Counted from the whole stretch's first letter, positions 38,274 to 50,138 are shown. The stretch is DNA of 59,501 nucleotides, filler included, from Sphacelaria rigidula (GCA_964200075.2; 10 parts of 10 records of this genome joined end to end with filler, not necessarily neighbours in it); one strand, 5' to 3'. Notes: generated by a model not told the origin, from the sequence alone. A program made the numbers and translations.

Positions 38274-39430
38274 TTTTTATGTCTGAATAAACCCTGAAGT
38301 TGCCTGTGCGGAGCGTAGCCTAACCGGTAGCGTAAGGGCTGAATCTCCTACTCAGCGCTGGGGTCCATGTGTAAAAAAAGGTCGTGGGACCTCTGTTGTT
38401 GAATTTATTCCCTTATTGATTGATGTATATATGCTCTCCACCAAAACGTAAAAATCCAGAAAAATACACTGCCAAAAAGGGGCGTGGTCACTCATGAAGA
38501 TCCACTCATGTAGAAAAACAACACGTCAGAGCCTAATTCCTTGGCCGCGCAATTTGGCGTGTGCCCTCTCAATGGATCCTTGCTGCAACCAACAAAACGG
38601 GTATACCTTAAATAATAGAACTGTATCTCATTACTTGTCATTCATCCGTATGTCATGGTCCAATCAGAACCATTTCCCTCGCAGGCCTGCTTACATGTAC
38701 CAATCATTGAGTGTGAGTATATTCGATTAGGGGGAAGCTATCGCGGAATCAGTTATATATTCGATTGTTCACAACTCCGAGGCCAAATGCTGATTTTGCG
38801 TTTATGTTGATTCATGAGGTGCGCAAGGATCAGACCATTCGTTCCACACACCAGTTATTGCGTCACAGATCTCTTCAGCAATGTCAAGAAATCCCGAGGT
38901 ATGCGCTACGACGTCGTTGTACATCATCTCGTTGCGCCTTCTTTCAACACTAGAAATGCAGCACGTACGACCTATTCTCTCCATTGATCAACTAAACAGC
39001 TTGTACACTCAAACCTCTGTGCAATGCTCCATTTTTTCGATAAAACCACCGGCTATTTCAATGGCAGTGAATCTTATGGATCCTTCTGACGCAGCAGACT
39101 TATGTTCGGGGAGTGAATGGGGAGCAGAAAGCAGGACACGGTATCTGGATCGTGTCCTAACGTTGACGAGTTGCCTACCTTCGGTCCGGGACAATACGGA
39201 ACGATGGTTGGCACTCAATCTATGAATAATGCGCTCATCTCGAAGCATTTGATCCCTCAAAGTACGTGCCGAATACGTATATTTTCCGGTGGTAAGGTTT
39301 CCCCACACATCACCGTCTTCCAACAGATATATTCAAGTCATCATGCCGATCCATCCAGGGTGTGAAAGCGTTGTGATTGCGACCGTGAAATCTTAATTTT
39401 TGCTATTCGTCCCCGCTTCGTCCCTTCCAG

Positions 39431-39625
39431 CTGCTACCCGCAGACAGTGCCGCGATGAAAGTGAAGCGCATGTTGGAGGAAACAGACGCGTTGTTCTGGG
39501 TCGGGCTGATTGGCATGGGGACGACAGCTACAGTCATCTCGGCGTTTTTCTTATTCACGAGCCATCCTGCGGCGGTGGCGAAGTGGCTCAACTTGTTCTT
39601 TGCTATGGTTGCCGCACCACTCATG
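39431..39625 (+). CDS. Exon of multi-pass (7TM-like) membrane protein
   Basis: CCCTTCCAG acceptor, two hydrophobic segments (LFWVGLIGMGTTATVISAFFLF and WLNLFFAMVAAPLM), GTGAGA donor, phase 0. Confidence 0.65.
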
Positions 39626-39685
39626 GTGAGATTTTGAGAAGAAAGTCAACCGGGCGTGTGAGCGTGCGCTGGTGACAGCAAAACG

Positions 39686-39903
39686 GGTGGTCGATGGCAC
39701 TCGTTATTCGCATTTTGGAGCACCTGTAGGTCACCGATAAAGTGAAGAGTGTGCGTACAGATGAATCGATTTGCGAAACGGATGTCGCAGGTAGTCGGCA
39801 AGTTTAGAACGATTACAAGATTAGGCGACAGCACGTGCAGTTACAACCTAATTCACAACCTATGGGCACTCCAAAATGCGAATAACGTGTACCCGCGGCC
39901 ACC
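39686..39903. repeat. Small inverted-repeat element (MITE-like) in intron
   Basis: GGTGG...CGTTATTCGCATTTTGGAG pairs with CTCCAAAATGCGAATAACG...CCACC. Confidence 0.55.
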
Positions 39904-40074
39904 AGTGAAGACGATCAGAAATCCACAGAGTTCACTGCTCGGTGGTCACCGCGTGCGTTTGATCGTCTGTTCAACTGGAAAGTGCCTCAGAACACACCGG
40001 ATGTACCTTCGAGGCTACGTCAATGATCTAATATGCTCATGCCCAATTGTTATTGTCGCGATGCACAACAACAG

Positions 40075-40155
40075 CAAGTCACCTTCTATGGGGTTGCTGT
40101 CCACCTAACCCACGTCATAAACCGCTCCCGGGCCAGCATCGACGCGAACGCCCAG
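40075..40155 (+). CDS. Exon of the same membrane protein
   Basis: QVTFYGVAVHLTHVINRSRASIDANAQ. CAG acceptor, CAG|GTGAGG donor. Continues the helix from the previous exon in frame. Confidence 0.55.
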
Positions 40156-40664
40156 GTGAGGCGTGAACAGCACAACATATGTTGTATACTTTCTCTCGGC
40201 CATCACGATTCTTTGCTACTGTTTAGAGCTACAAAAACAATAACAGTACTTCTCTATACGGTGCTCCATTACGTCAAAGAGACACCACCAGTCGAAGCGA
40301 GCCCTGGGGCGTAAGTAGGAAGGGAGGAAGTCGTGCGTTGGGTACGGGCAGGTCGGTGTCACGGCTGTTGAGCTGCGGGGCATACCGAGTAGCTTACAGA
40401 TACTGCTTGCACGTGTGGATCGGCAAGGCCGAAGCATCCAGCTACATGCCTGCCAATTAAGCAAATGAAGACATTTTCCTATAACAATTTCCGCATCGTT
40501 TGTCGGTGTTAATCCTGGGTATACTGTAGTAAACTACTACCGAGTATACTTTGAACGGTCCAAGTCCAAATCGTGGGGCATCGGCTTGGACGCCGGTTAC
40601 TGTGATATACTCGTACAACCCGCCCGATATGGGAACGTCTTCTGTGTGAGAAATGTAACACATG

Positions 40665-40979
40665 CGGCCATTTGGCTACGCCCAAAATTCCTCCAGGGCA
40701 GTCAACTTTTCGAGCCTCCAGAGGAATTAAGCGCCTCTGGAGGGGTGCGCGGCCCTCCAGAGGAAAACGTTTTGTTTCCTCTAGAGGGATTTAACGCCTC
40801 CCCGAGACTTGCTTTTGCCTCTGGAGGATCGCGCATCCCTCCGAAGGCACTTTGCTACCCACAATATTCCAGGGCGGCAGTGTTTGGTTTCCTCTAGAGG
40901 GAGGCCTCCCGAGGCTTGTTTCGCCTCTGGAGGGCCGCGGATCCCTCCGGAGACTCTTTGGGGGGTAGTCAAATGGCCG
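40665..40979. mobile_element. MITE-like element with internal CCTCYAGAGG palindromic repeats
   Basis: TIR CGGCCATTTGGCTAC / GTAGTCAAATGGCCG. Repeated CCTCCAGAGG, CCTCTGGAGG and CCTCTAGAGG motifs inside. Confidence 0.65.
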
Positions 40980-41026
40980 TGTTTGAAGTAATGTGCCCGT
41001 GAAATCGTTTCCTTCGCACGTTGCAG

Positions 41027-41179
41027 ACTTCCCAGGAATTTTATAGGAAAGCAATACGAACGATTTGGGCTAAATTTGCTGCAATAGCGACCGCGGGATC
41101 TGTATGGATGGCAGCGGCAATTACGGGGGAAATGACCTACGCGGGGCGAGGGACACCTTCTCTTTCACTGGCCATTTCG
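41027..41179 (+). CDS. Exon of the same membrane protein
   Basis: TTGCAG acceptor. TSQEFYRKAIRTIWAKFAAIATAGSVWMAAAITG is a basic loop followed by a TM helix. GTGCGC donor, phase 0. Confidence 0.6.
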
Positions 41180-41369
41180 GTGCGCATTCGAGACGATTCC
41201 TTGCTTTCCGGCGGGTCAGGGCAGGTTACACGTATGGTACGACGAATTTGCGGGATTCCAGAGTGTTGGCCTCGAAGCTTCGATGTTTTTTTCTCTGTTC
41301 TTGATTTAGACATCTTGCCATCTCTTTTCGGTGTGCTCTGTTTGATTCCCCCTCTGTTGTTTTTGCTTT

Positions 41370-41453
41370 TCTCGAGAGGGATGCGTGGTCAATAGTCGAC
41401 CTAACGACTAAGGCGACCAAAAAATGTGTACGCCCCCCCTCCCCACCCCCCCT
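41370..41453 (+). mobile_element. C-tailed non-LTR-like tip, subfamily A, diverged
   Basis: TCTCGAGAGGGATGCGTGGTCAAT...ATGTGTACG followed by a C-rich tail. CCCCC at 41348-41352 upstream. Confidence 0.7.
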
Positions 41454-41792
41454 CACCCGTTCCGTTCTCATGTCTCCTTTCCTAAGTGTATTTCATCAGG
41501 GGTTTCCGTTTATTTCCGTTGGGTACCTCTATATTGGAGTCATCCTACGATAGGGGGGTGTGTATTTTGGGCCATTTGTTGCTCGACATTTCGAGTCAGA
41601 TCGTCGTGTAAAGTAGCAACGGNNNNNNNNNNNNNNNNNNNNNNNNNNNNNNNNNNNNNNNNNNNNTTAATTAATTAANNNNNNNNNNNNNNNNNNNNNN
41701 NNNNNNNNNNNNNNNNNNNNNNAAAAAAAAAAGAGAAAAAGGGGAAAAAAAAAAAAAAAAGAAAAAAAAAAAAGAAATAAAAGAGCGGGGAA

Positions 41793-41866
41793 GGGGGGGG
41801 GGGGGGGGGGGGTGTACTCATGGCGTACTCATTTGTTGCTTGCCTTAGTCGTTTGACCATTGACCA
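41793..41866 (-). mobile_element. C-tailed non-LTR-like tip, subfamily A
   Basis: Minus strand reads TGGTCAATGGTCAAACGACTAAGGCAAGCAACAAATGAGTACGCCATGAGTACA followed by C20. A C-run also lies at the 5' junction. Confidence 0.75.
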
Positions 41867-41873
41867 TGGGGGG

Positions 41874-41904
<31 letters not shown>

Positions 41905-42016
41905 ACGCGCACACACAAAATCCACACACAAACAGTGACGGGAACGCCCTGCAACATAAACGACCACTCCCTCTCTCACTAGCTCAGCAATCAATCCTGT
42001 CTTTCTCTAGCGCCGT

Positions 42017-42766
42017 CTAGCCCACCTCGGGTGCCTGCGCCTTTTTCTTGCCGGCCACCGCTGCTGCAGCCGCCAGACCGGCGTCCACCCCGTACAACTC
42101 CGACCCAGCGGGACGGAACCTAAGATTCGATTTTTTAGCATCATGAGCGGTCCAACCCTGCAAGGCTACATACACCTTTGACGGCTGTGCGTCCAGGCCA
42201 TCATCAGAACTGTCGGCGGATTCCACCGCCGCCGCCGAAGCACCAGCAGCACCCGCACCCGGCGGAGAAGGCCCGTTGCTTCCCTGGTCTGAAGACGACG
42301 ATCCAAGGGCAAGGTTGCCGGTTGGGCGTGGCGCTACCCTCGGACATACGCAAGCAGGCTTCAAGCTCTCAGCCCCTTCCCCCGCATCCGCCGCAGCTCC
42401 ATCCCGGCCTCGGAAACCACCGACCCCACACCCGCACCTGGCGAGTCTCTCAGCCTGAGCTGCAGGCGAGAGTCGACCAAGCCTGAGCGGAAGTGGTGCG
42501 GAGCCGTAGGGTACATTGGCAACAACGCCCGGTTGGACTATGTAACCATCGGTCCTCTGGACCGGTGGAGCCGCTGGTGGAGGACGGGTGGGGAACAGTT
42601 CATCGAGGACACGCTGTGAAAGCGGTTCGTAGGCTGTCCATTCCGGCCCGCCGTTCGCTCGTTCAGCCTCCAAGGCCTCACGCTGCTCAGGAGTGTCCGC
42701 GATTCGAAGGGCATAGTGGAGTCCGGCGCGGCGGGGTTGATCGTGCTTGTGCACGGCAATCGATAC
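42017..42766 (-). CDS. Probable terminal exon of hypothetical protein (contig 8 gene)
   Basis: CCACAG acceptor, then 249 codons plus stop (VSIAVHKHDQ...APEVG). Phase 0 with three upstream exons. Confidence 0.7.
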   Translation of the reverse strand, partial: VSIAVHKHDQPRRAGLHYALRIADTPEQREALEAERANGGPEWTAYEPLSQRVLDELFPTRPPPAAPPVQRTDGYIVQPGVVANVPYGSAPLPLRLGRLSPAAQAERLARCGCGVGGFRGRDGAAADAGEGAESLKPACVCPRVAPRPTGNLALGSSSSDQGSNGPSPPGAGAAGASAAAVESADSSDDGLDAQPSKVYVALQGWTAHDAKKSNLRFRPAGSELYGVDAGLAAAAAVAGKKKAQAPEVG

Positions 42767-42974
42767 CTGTGGCGGTTGGTGCGCGGGGTTGTTGCGTACC
42801 ATGTCGGGAGTTGGGGGATTACAGACAGGGGGGGGTGTTGGGAAACAAGAAACTGATTTCCGAGGACTCCAGCCGTGGTGACGAGATAGACGTATCTGAG
42901 GTAAACCAAATGGAAACACTTGGTCAAGGGGGGGGGGATGGGGAAAAAACAACGGAGTAAACTGGGGGGGGGGG

Positions 42975-43044
42975 CGTACTCATTTGTTGCTTGCCTTAGT
43001 CGTTTGACCATTGACCACGCATCCCTTTCGAGACGGATGACGGA
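42975..43044 (-). mobile_element. C-tailed non-LTR-like tip, subfamily A, with perfect 12-bp TSD
   Basis: Flanked on the plus strand by TG11 at 42963-42974 and 43045-43056. The element is intronic. Confidence 0.85.
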
Positions 43045-43247
43045 TGGGGGGGGGGGACATATACCACGTTCAAGTATGCCGGAAACATGAAGTGGGTCTG
43101 TTTTGGAGTATGAGAGCATCATCGTTGTATATATGAATATATATATATATATATATCTTTTTGCCTGCTTTCGGTATTAACAACTACGCGGCGAATCAAG
43201 TTCGGGCAGAAATATCACAAGTAGGACCGCACTAGACCGAACTGGCG

Positions 43248-43315
43248 TTGTAGGGGTGAGAGGTCAACGGTCTCATGACTACGGCATGCAAGATCATGAG
43301 CAACCCCAACCTCCC
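43248..43315 (+). mobile_element. C-tailed non-LTR-like tip, subfamily B, diverged
   Basis: TTGTAGGGGTGAGAGGTCAACGGTCTCATGACTACGGCATGCAAGATCATGAGCAACCCC. Confidence 0.65.
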
Positions 43316-43346
43316 GCCTTGCACTCGGTGGGTACAAAACACGAAC

Positions 43347-43550
43347 CTGCCGGTGGCATTCTGCTGCCTTGAATGCGGATGGCTGCAAGGGTTGAGGCGG
43401 TCTCGGCGGGGGGGGAGGCGGAGGCGGGGGCTCGTCAGATCCGGCCTGGGTGCAGGTTCGGCTACTGCGTGTGGTGCGTGTCGAGGTCGAGGCGGGGGCT
43501 GGGGCTGGGGCCGGGGCCTTGGCCTTGGCCTTGGCCTTACCCTTACCATC
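43347..43550 (-). CDS. Internal Pro/Ala/Lys-rich exon of contig 8 gene
   Basis: ATCAG acceptor, DGKGKAKAKAKAPAPAP...AECHRQ, GTTCGT donor, 68 codons. Confidence 0.6.
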
Positions 43551-44405
43551 CTGATCAGCGAAGTACGGCGGTGACGACCAGCACAAGAGGGAGAGAGAAG
43601 AACAAAAGATTAAACAGGAATGTTAATGTCTCATGATCTCACATACCCGACGATAATCCCACTCGGTGTTGGCTTTCAACCATTATCGTGAAGTAACGGT
43701 ACGCAGGCGACGATGGATACATTCGCGGCGGCGGATCAGCAGATGCGAGACATCCGACCAATCAAATCGATCGGTCCGTCAGTCAGTCAACACAGCCACT
43801 GGATTCGGTCGATAATTCCATCAATACTGTCTGTAGATCGAACTACAATCAGTCTTATGATAGCCAAAAGATAGACGTACCACCACCCAAGGTACGTGAG
43901 TAAAAACGGAGACACCCAATTGAAAAAAATATATGGCGAGGAAAGAGGAAGTATCAAAGGGCAAAAGAAGGAGAGGGAGAGAAAAATCGCGTAATCTGCA
44001 CACGAACAATGAATAAAACGTCAGGCCTCCGTGATGGCAAGGCTTCTTCAGGTAAGGTAACCGTACAAAGACTAGATTGAAAAAATACATATACGGAACA
44101 AGACGAAACGGAGAAAAAACATTTTGTAGAGACTACACGACTCAGACCAGACCCGAAAACCACATTATTTGGGCAGTCGCTTTCACTTACCCACGACCTC
44201 TGGTCTAACGCGGCATGAAAAAAAGAAGGAGGAACACTTGAAAAATAAAAATAAAATAAAGGTGACTTGTAGCAGAAAAAAATAAAAAGAGAAGAAGGAT
44301 ACCAAGAGAGATTGCACACAGACATAGGAAAGAGAACAGGCATTGAAAAGACTCGACGAAGAAAGAAGGGGAAAAGCAACCCAGTCTCGGATAATAGAGC
44401 AAAAC

Positions 44406-44437
<32 letters not shown>

Positions 44438-44542
44438 GTGCAGGCACACAGCTAGGGCAAGAGATCAACAACCGACAGGATAAGACAGAGGTAGAGCGCA
44501 TGGCATGTTTTCAATCCGCGCCACAAGCATGGTGAAAATTAC

Positions 44543-44614
44543 CTTAGGTTTTTTCTTGTCGTCATTGTCCTCGTCCGGAGGAGGACCCATGTTCTTGATA
44601 ATTTCTTCCCACGC
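44543..44614 (-). CDS. Internal exon of contig 8 gene
   Basis: GTCAG acceptor, AWEEIIKNMGPPPDEDNDDKKKPK, GTAATT donor, phase 0. Confidence 0.6.
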
Positions 44615-45217
44615 CTGACCAACAGTCGAGCACAACGTGGGACACGGCGACCGATTACTACCACGACATAATTAGATGCATGATGCATAACCATGTCCTC
44701 TTTTCAACACAATCTCGCGTGGTACACACTTCAAGCACACAATGGGCCCGAGTCCCACGAAACACGAGTAAAGGCAGACAGGTCGCACCCTCTTGAGGCG
44801 ACTTTTTCAGCACCGCATGACCGCACCATATAACAACTCCAAACCATTTTGTTTTTTTGCTTTGAACAGTACTTTTTGCACCTCCGTGCCCTGTTCGAAA
44901 CAGACGAGTCGGCAATCTCACGGAATCAACCCCATCTCCCCCGCCATCCGCCGAAAAAGTGTCTCCGACCTTCGAAACTAGCACTTCTGCAACCGGTCCA
45001 CTTCCATCGCAAGAAAAAGAGAAAGAACAACTCAACCTTCTGCACTGTGAATAATTAGAATAGGTAAAAAATGTTCAGGATGCGAGACGTGTGACGAGCG
45101 ATTTCGACTCCACCGAGCTCCCAACGACGAGGTATCAGGGTGAGATTTGTTTTGAACCGTCCCGCTCCTGCTCTCCCTTACCCCCCGCCCGTCAAAAATA
45201 TAATACACGTATCCCTC

Positions 45218-45530
45218 GCGCTCTGGTGGTGTAATGGCTCGACTGTCACTATTAGGGTGGAGAGAACGTGTGGGATCGATTCCGGATGTTTTTTTCTTCT
45301 TTTTCAAGTATCTGATTACTACAGTCAAACAGCGTGAGGACGTGAATAAGCAAGACGAGTACGGTAGTCGACTGGGTCGTTTGACGAAAGTTGATGCGGT
45401 GCGGGTGGGCCGACCCAACCCGCGAGATAATAAAGCAAGGCGTTTGGCGGGGATAGAGGGGTTCATCCCTCGAGGCCACGGACTCACCCCGAGAAAGGGG
45501 AGGGGTTCTAAAGTGCGACAAAAAAATAAA
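45218..45530 (+). mobile_element. tRNA-derived SINE family S2, full-length, intronic
   Basis: A box TGGTGTAATGG, B-box-like GATCGATTCC, body colinear with 25624-25940, A-rich tail. Confidence 0.8.
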
Positions 45531-46508
45531 ACGAACGTAGAAGAAGGGGCACTACGACGCTCGTCAAGCTTAGGTACTTCGTGGAGGCAGATATCTTACC
45601 CTGGGCGCTCCCAATGCCGGCACGTTGTAGGCAGGATCGTTGTCTCTCGGAAGAAGCTGTATACGAGAAAAAGGGGAAAGTGGAGGAGGGGTTGGGGGGG
45701 GGGCTTTACACAAATGCTGCAAGTACGGACATCGTTGGTGTCGTCAGAGAGACAGATATACATGGACAAAAGACGTGTACCATGAACACACTCGAAGGGT
45801 AAAATATTAACAAAACTTGTGAAGGGAGGCAATTTCGGTGCCCCAGACAAGAATACAGTAAAGCGAATACGATAAACGATAAATCACACCATGTGTGCGA
45901 CCGATAACGCCCGGCAACAGGTTAGTGATGGAATATGACACAGGAAGGAGAGTTATCAGTTGACTTGATCTGTGGCAAGCGGACCTCTTGCCACACTCAG
46001 CACAACCACTGAGCATCGAACAGGTTTTCCGTGTGCAAGCTGCGGGTGTATGTCGCATGCTCAGCGAGTCAATCTCTGTCGATGTTCACAAAAAAATCAC
46101 CTCGAAGCACTACGGGGGGGAAGGGAAGGGAGACCAGAGAGACCCCCAAGACAACTGAAAGGCAAAGTCATCAAACAACTCTCACTTGATTAACAAAACG
46201 TGGAGCACAATACACGAAGCGAGTCACAGGTGAACACAAGATACCCCGACTGGAAGAGACCGAATGCTCGCAGTAGGAAACAACAGCAGCAGCAGCAACA
46301 ACAACAACAACAACAACAACAACAACCAGCGCACGGCGGCAACGCAACTTACGATAACATCCCCTTCCCAGCCTCACTCCGAAAAAAAAACCCTCCAAAA
46401 CAAGGTACAAGAATGAAAATACTTGTTCATGTACCGCACTTGCACCACAATTTCTCGACCAAACAGTAGCACGCATTTCCTACACGAGACACCAAGATCG
46501 CATCATAC

Positions 46509-46637
46509 CTCAGGAAGATCAATGAGTTTCCGGAACCAGCCCTCTCGGTGGTCCTCTGGGAAGTAGCTCGAGTTGATCTGCCAGAATCTCTCCGCTAGGG
46601 GGTCTTCTTGCTGGGCTCGGGGTATGCCCGCCTTATC
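46509..46637 (-). CDS. Internal exon of contig 8 gene
   Basis: GTGCAG acceptor, DKAGIPRAQQEDPLAERFWQINSSYFPEDHREGWFRKLIDLPE, GTATGA donor, phase 0. Confidence 0.65.
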
Positions 46638-47513
46638 CTGCACAGGGGCATGACGGAAAAGGGATTATGGGGATAGCATGGGAGGGTGTTACTCAAACAA
46701 GTATCCTTGAAGTCATAATTTCGTCGAGAGGAAAACAAAACCAAAATCAGAACCAGAGCCACAACAAATGCCATGATGAAAAGTCATTAACCAACTCTGA
46801 AAAAGAAAGAGAATAGTCACTACTGAGAGAAAAAAAAAGACTAGATGGGTGATTTCCGTCACAAACGCGGCGAAAAAAATAAATAAATAACACCCCTCAA
46901 GACTCTTTCGCGCAAGCGTGAACGATACAACATATTGTACATGCATGGTTTCCGTCTCGGCAAAACAATGTAGACTGGAGTATGACGTGCATATACGACA
47001 CAAAATGAAGTATGACCTGGCATATTCATAAATAAATTCTGCCAAGACGGAAAACCCGCCTGTCTCGGGACAGCCGGATTGCGATCTAGACGAACATGAC
47101 AGCCTTACTGTATGCACGCACGTTAGTCATACTCGGAGTATAATGTGTACGTAAACGACACAGACTAGAGTATGATACGTGTGCTTGTACAATGAGTTTG
47201 TCATATTCGTCGAGATCCGGATCTCGGAGTCGTAACACCGGCGCGGTTTTCTGCCCCGGCAGGATCCTTGATTTCATGTAACGGTTTGACTCGATTTTTA
47301 CACAAGGTTCTCCTTAAATTGTATCTCACAAAAAATATTTTTCGGGGGTGGCAACTTCGATCAACTAGCCGCAATGCGTAAAACTTGAAATGTCAAAACT
47401 GTACGAATGGCCATTATCCATCCGAAGACGGGTCTTATATCAAAATTATCGCCTTGGATTCGAAATCTCAACTAAATTTTCCTGGCAGATTGCAATTCGG
47501 TCTTTCATTTGAA

Positions 47514-47582
47514 GCCGGTCGCCCCGGTGGCTCAGTTGGTAACCTCGTAACCTTCTTATGGTTGAGTTGTGGGGTTCGATTC
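47514..47582 (+). mobile_element. tRNA-like head of SINE family S1, cut by contig end
   Basis: GCCGGTCGCCCCGGTGGCTCAGTTGG (A box) ... GGTTCGATTC (B box). Matches the 5' end of the 50951-51310 copy. Confidence 0.75.
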
Positions 47583-47682
47583 NNNNNNNNNNNNNNNNNN
47601 NNNNNNNNNNNNNNNNNNNNNNNNNNTTAATTAATTAANNNNNNNNNNNNNNNNNNNNNNNNNNNNNNNNNNNNNNNNNNNN

Positions 47683-47815
47683 TGACGCGGTGTGGGAGTG
47701 CTGATCCAATCCGCGAGATCAAAATGAAAGGCGCGTACCGGGGGAGAGATGGGTTGATCCCTTGAGACCACGGACTCATCCCGAGGAAGGGGAGAGGTTC
47801 AAAGTGCGAGGAAAA
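47683..47815 (+). mobile_element. SINE family S2 3' half at contig start
   Basis: Near-identical to about 25788-25920. Confidence 0.85.
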
Positions 47816-49476
47816 CATATATATATATATATGGATTTATATAGATACTGAAGTCGTGGCATCTGGTATCATTATCAAGGGAAAAAGGAGGGAGATGGTG
47901 CACAGCACTTGTACATGTACACAATGAACGACAGAGGAAAAGATGAAGTGAGGCACCGATAGTACTCACTAACGAAGAAAACAGAAAGATGGGACAGACA
48001 CCCCGAAAGAGACAGGAACAAACACGTAAATGCCCGGCATCTGCAACATGGCTTCAGGTGGGAAGGGTATGGTGTGTGAGACCCCACTTCATGGTCACAC
48101 GCGGCAGGATCCCAAGAGATCCGTGAAACTGGGCACAAAAACAATGTGGTAGTCAGCATCAGAAGTCATCACGCTTGTTTCAGGAATTTTCTTGAGTTCT
48201 ACTCTTCGATAGAACTCGAAGGTGCTGGCATCGGTAGATTTTGGTGATATGAACAGATCGTCCGCAAAACATAGCGCTCAAGTTAGTGCTACTTGGTGTT
48301 ATCGGGCAATACGAGTAGAAACCCGGTTTCTCAGAAGGGTGTTAATGACCGTGAAACACAGTTTTTCGGCTCCAGTGCGATGAGTAGGTAGAATAAAAAA
48401 ACCTTCTAGTTTCTTCACAACTGCGATCGGAATGGGGTCGATCGATCGAAATTACCGAAGAGTCGGAATCTGGGCTAAAGAGTGGCAGGACCCCCGATGA
48501 CCGGTCAGCCCCTTAGTCACTCAGAATGAAATACAAATGTTTTTTTTTGGAATGTGGAGCAGATACGAGTATCTTCAGATCCCCAACGTGGTGAGCGTTG
48601 GCAAGCGAACGAGCCTCAGAAAATCGCCAATAAAAAAAAAATTACAAAATGAATAGTTCAGACGGTAACTACTACAGTTCCCGACACTGGTTGCCTCGAG
48701 CTTGCCTTCAGGAAAGCCTGAATAAACGCTCGTTTCTCAGCTCTTAGAAACGTCGTGATGTATGACTGCCGACAAGAAAGTGACTGCTTCCTCGGACCAG
48801 CCTGCACCCTTTGTGATCACATCTTGAAAGCATTAGCGGTTGTGTAGTAGCTAGTAGTAACCAATGACAATTTGTCCATTTTATAATGATGAGAGGAAAA
48901 AACAAAAACCAGGCTATAGTTTTCATGCCCCCCAATTTTCTGTCGATGTCGGGACGTTTTTTGGCGCTGACGAAAATGCCCAAAAAAAAGTTGACCGAGT
49001 TGCCGAAACTCATGAATATAAGTTGGTCTTGGCTCCGAAGGTATGCGAAGAATTAAAGCTTCAATAACACGATTTGTTTTCCATAAATATATGTATTTAT
49101 ATATATCCATATTTTATTCATGTTTGGGATTAAGTAACCCCGCCCCCCCCCCCGAAAACACTTAAGATTAAAAAAATCAGCATAGGGTCACGCATGTTGT
49201 TTTGGGCACTCCTGGCGCTGATGTTTTTTTTTGTTCGTTCCAAACGCGGCATTACTAATTAAAAAATTGAACACCAGTATGCCCACAAAGCCCATCTCGC
49301 AGCACTGCCGATCACCTCTGCTGACCTCGATTGAAACTTGGAGGGCGGAAGTGGTGTATTCTCATGATTGAAGTAATAGTCTGGACATTTTCGGCGCAGT
49401 CATGTGTACAGCTCCACCCTGCTTGTCATTCTCTGCGATGTGACTTGCCGTGTCGTCGTGTGTATTGCTTCTGCAG

Positions 49477-49685
49477 CGGAGAAGGCGGAACCGTGGGAGT
49501 TGGCGGCATCACGTGCGGGTAATCTGAAATGTGTTGGAGAATCAGAACCCATGGCTACCAAAGGAAAGCCTCCATTCGAAGGAGCGGAGCTAGCGAAGCT
49601 GTGTTCTCACCTGAACGACAGAAATCGGCGAGCGAAGCGACTGGCCCAGCAGTGCCAATCTATGTTTCTTCGCCTTTTCTTCAAG
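49477..49685 (+). CDS. DIS3: DIS3/Rrp44-family (RNase II/RNB) exoribonuclease exon, post-RNB helix
   Basis: LAKLCSHLNDRNRRAKRLAQQCQSMFLRLFFK resembles the Dis3 segment ICxNLNxRHxxAQxAxRxSxxxxxxLFF. CTGCAG acceptor, GTCAGC donor. Paralog identity (DIS3 or DIS3L type) is uncertain. Confidence 0.75.
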
Positions 49686-50138
49686 GTCAGCGGGTTTGTT
49701 CAGGTTTTGGGATGATTGAGATTACACACCAACCGCGTTGAGGGTAGTGGGGGATGTTTATTGTGGCGTTTTTCATGTCCCTAGGAATGAATGATGAAGG
49801 AACTACTCTTTTAGTTTTCGTTGCCCCCCGTTACGTTATATATGCTGTCACCGTTTTGTTCTTGTTTTGCCTCTGTCGTGTGTTTTCTTTTGTTTTGCAA
49901 TCGATCGGAATTGTCATGTGTTTTCGATTTTTTTTTGTGCTCTACATGTAGTGTTATTGAACTATATTTGTCTCGTGTATTCATAGGTTTTCTTGTTTGA
50001 TGCGTCAATCAAGCATAACAGTTACCGTGTTGACTCAATTCTCGACAAGCCGGCCTATCTTGAGGGGACATGGTTCACGTCCTAGTTGTCTTTGGGGTGG
50101 GCCTGTTGTGTTGATTCGATGATCCGGGGTAATAAAAA

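Noticed and set aside
38800..39350. Possible decayed viral or transposase gene (minus-strand ORFs); similar coding-like stretches at 6200-7800 and 13500-13860
   Set aside because: No motif I can recognise and the frames are broken. It needs TBLASTX/HMM searches before any call.
47514..47582. Functional tRNA gene
   Set aside because: It has A and B boxes but matches the head of a dispersed 360-bp SINE, is truncated, and shows no verifiable cloverleaf.
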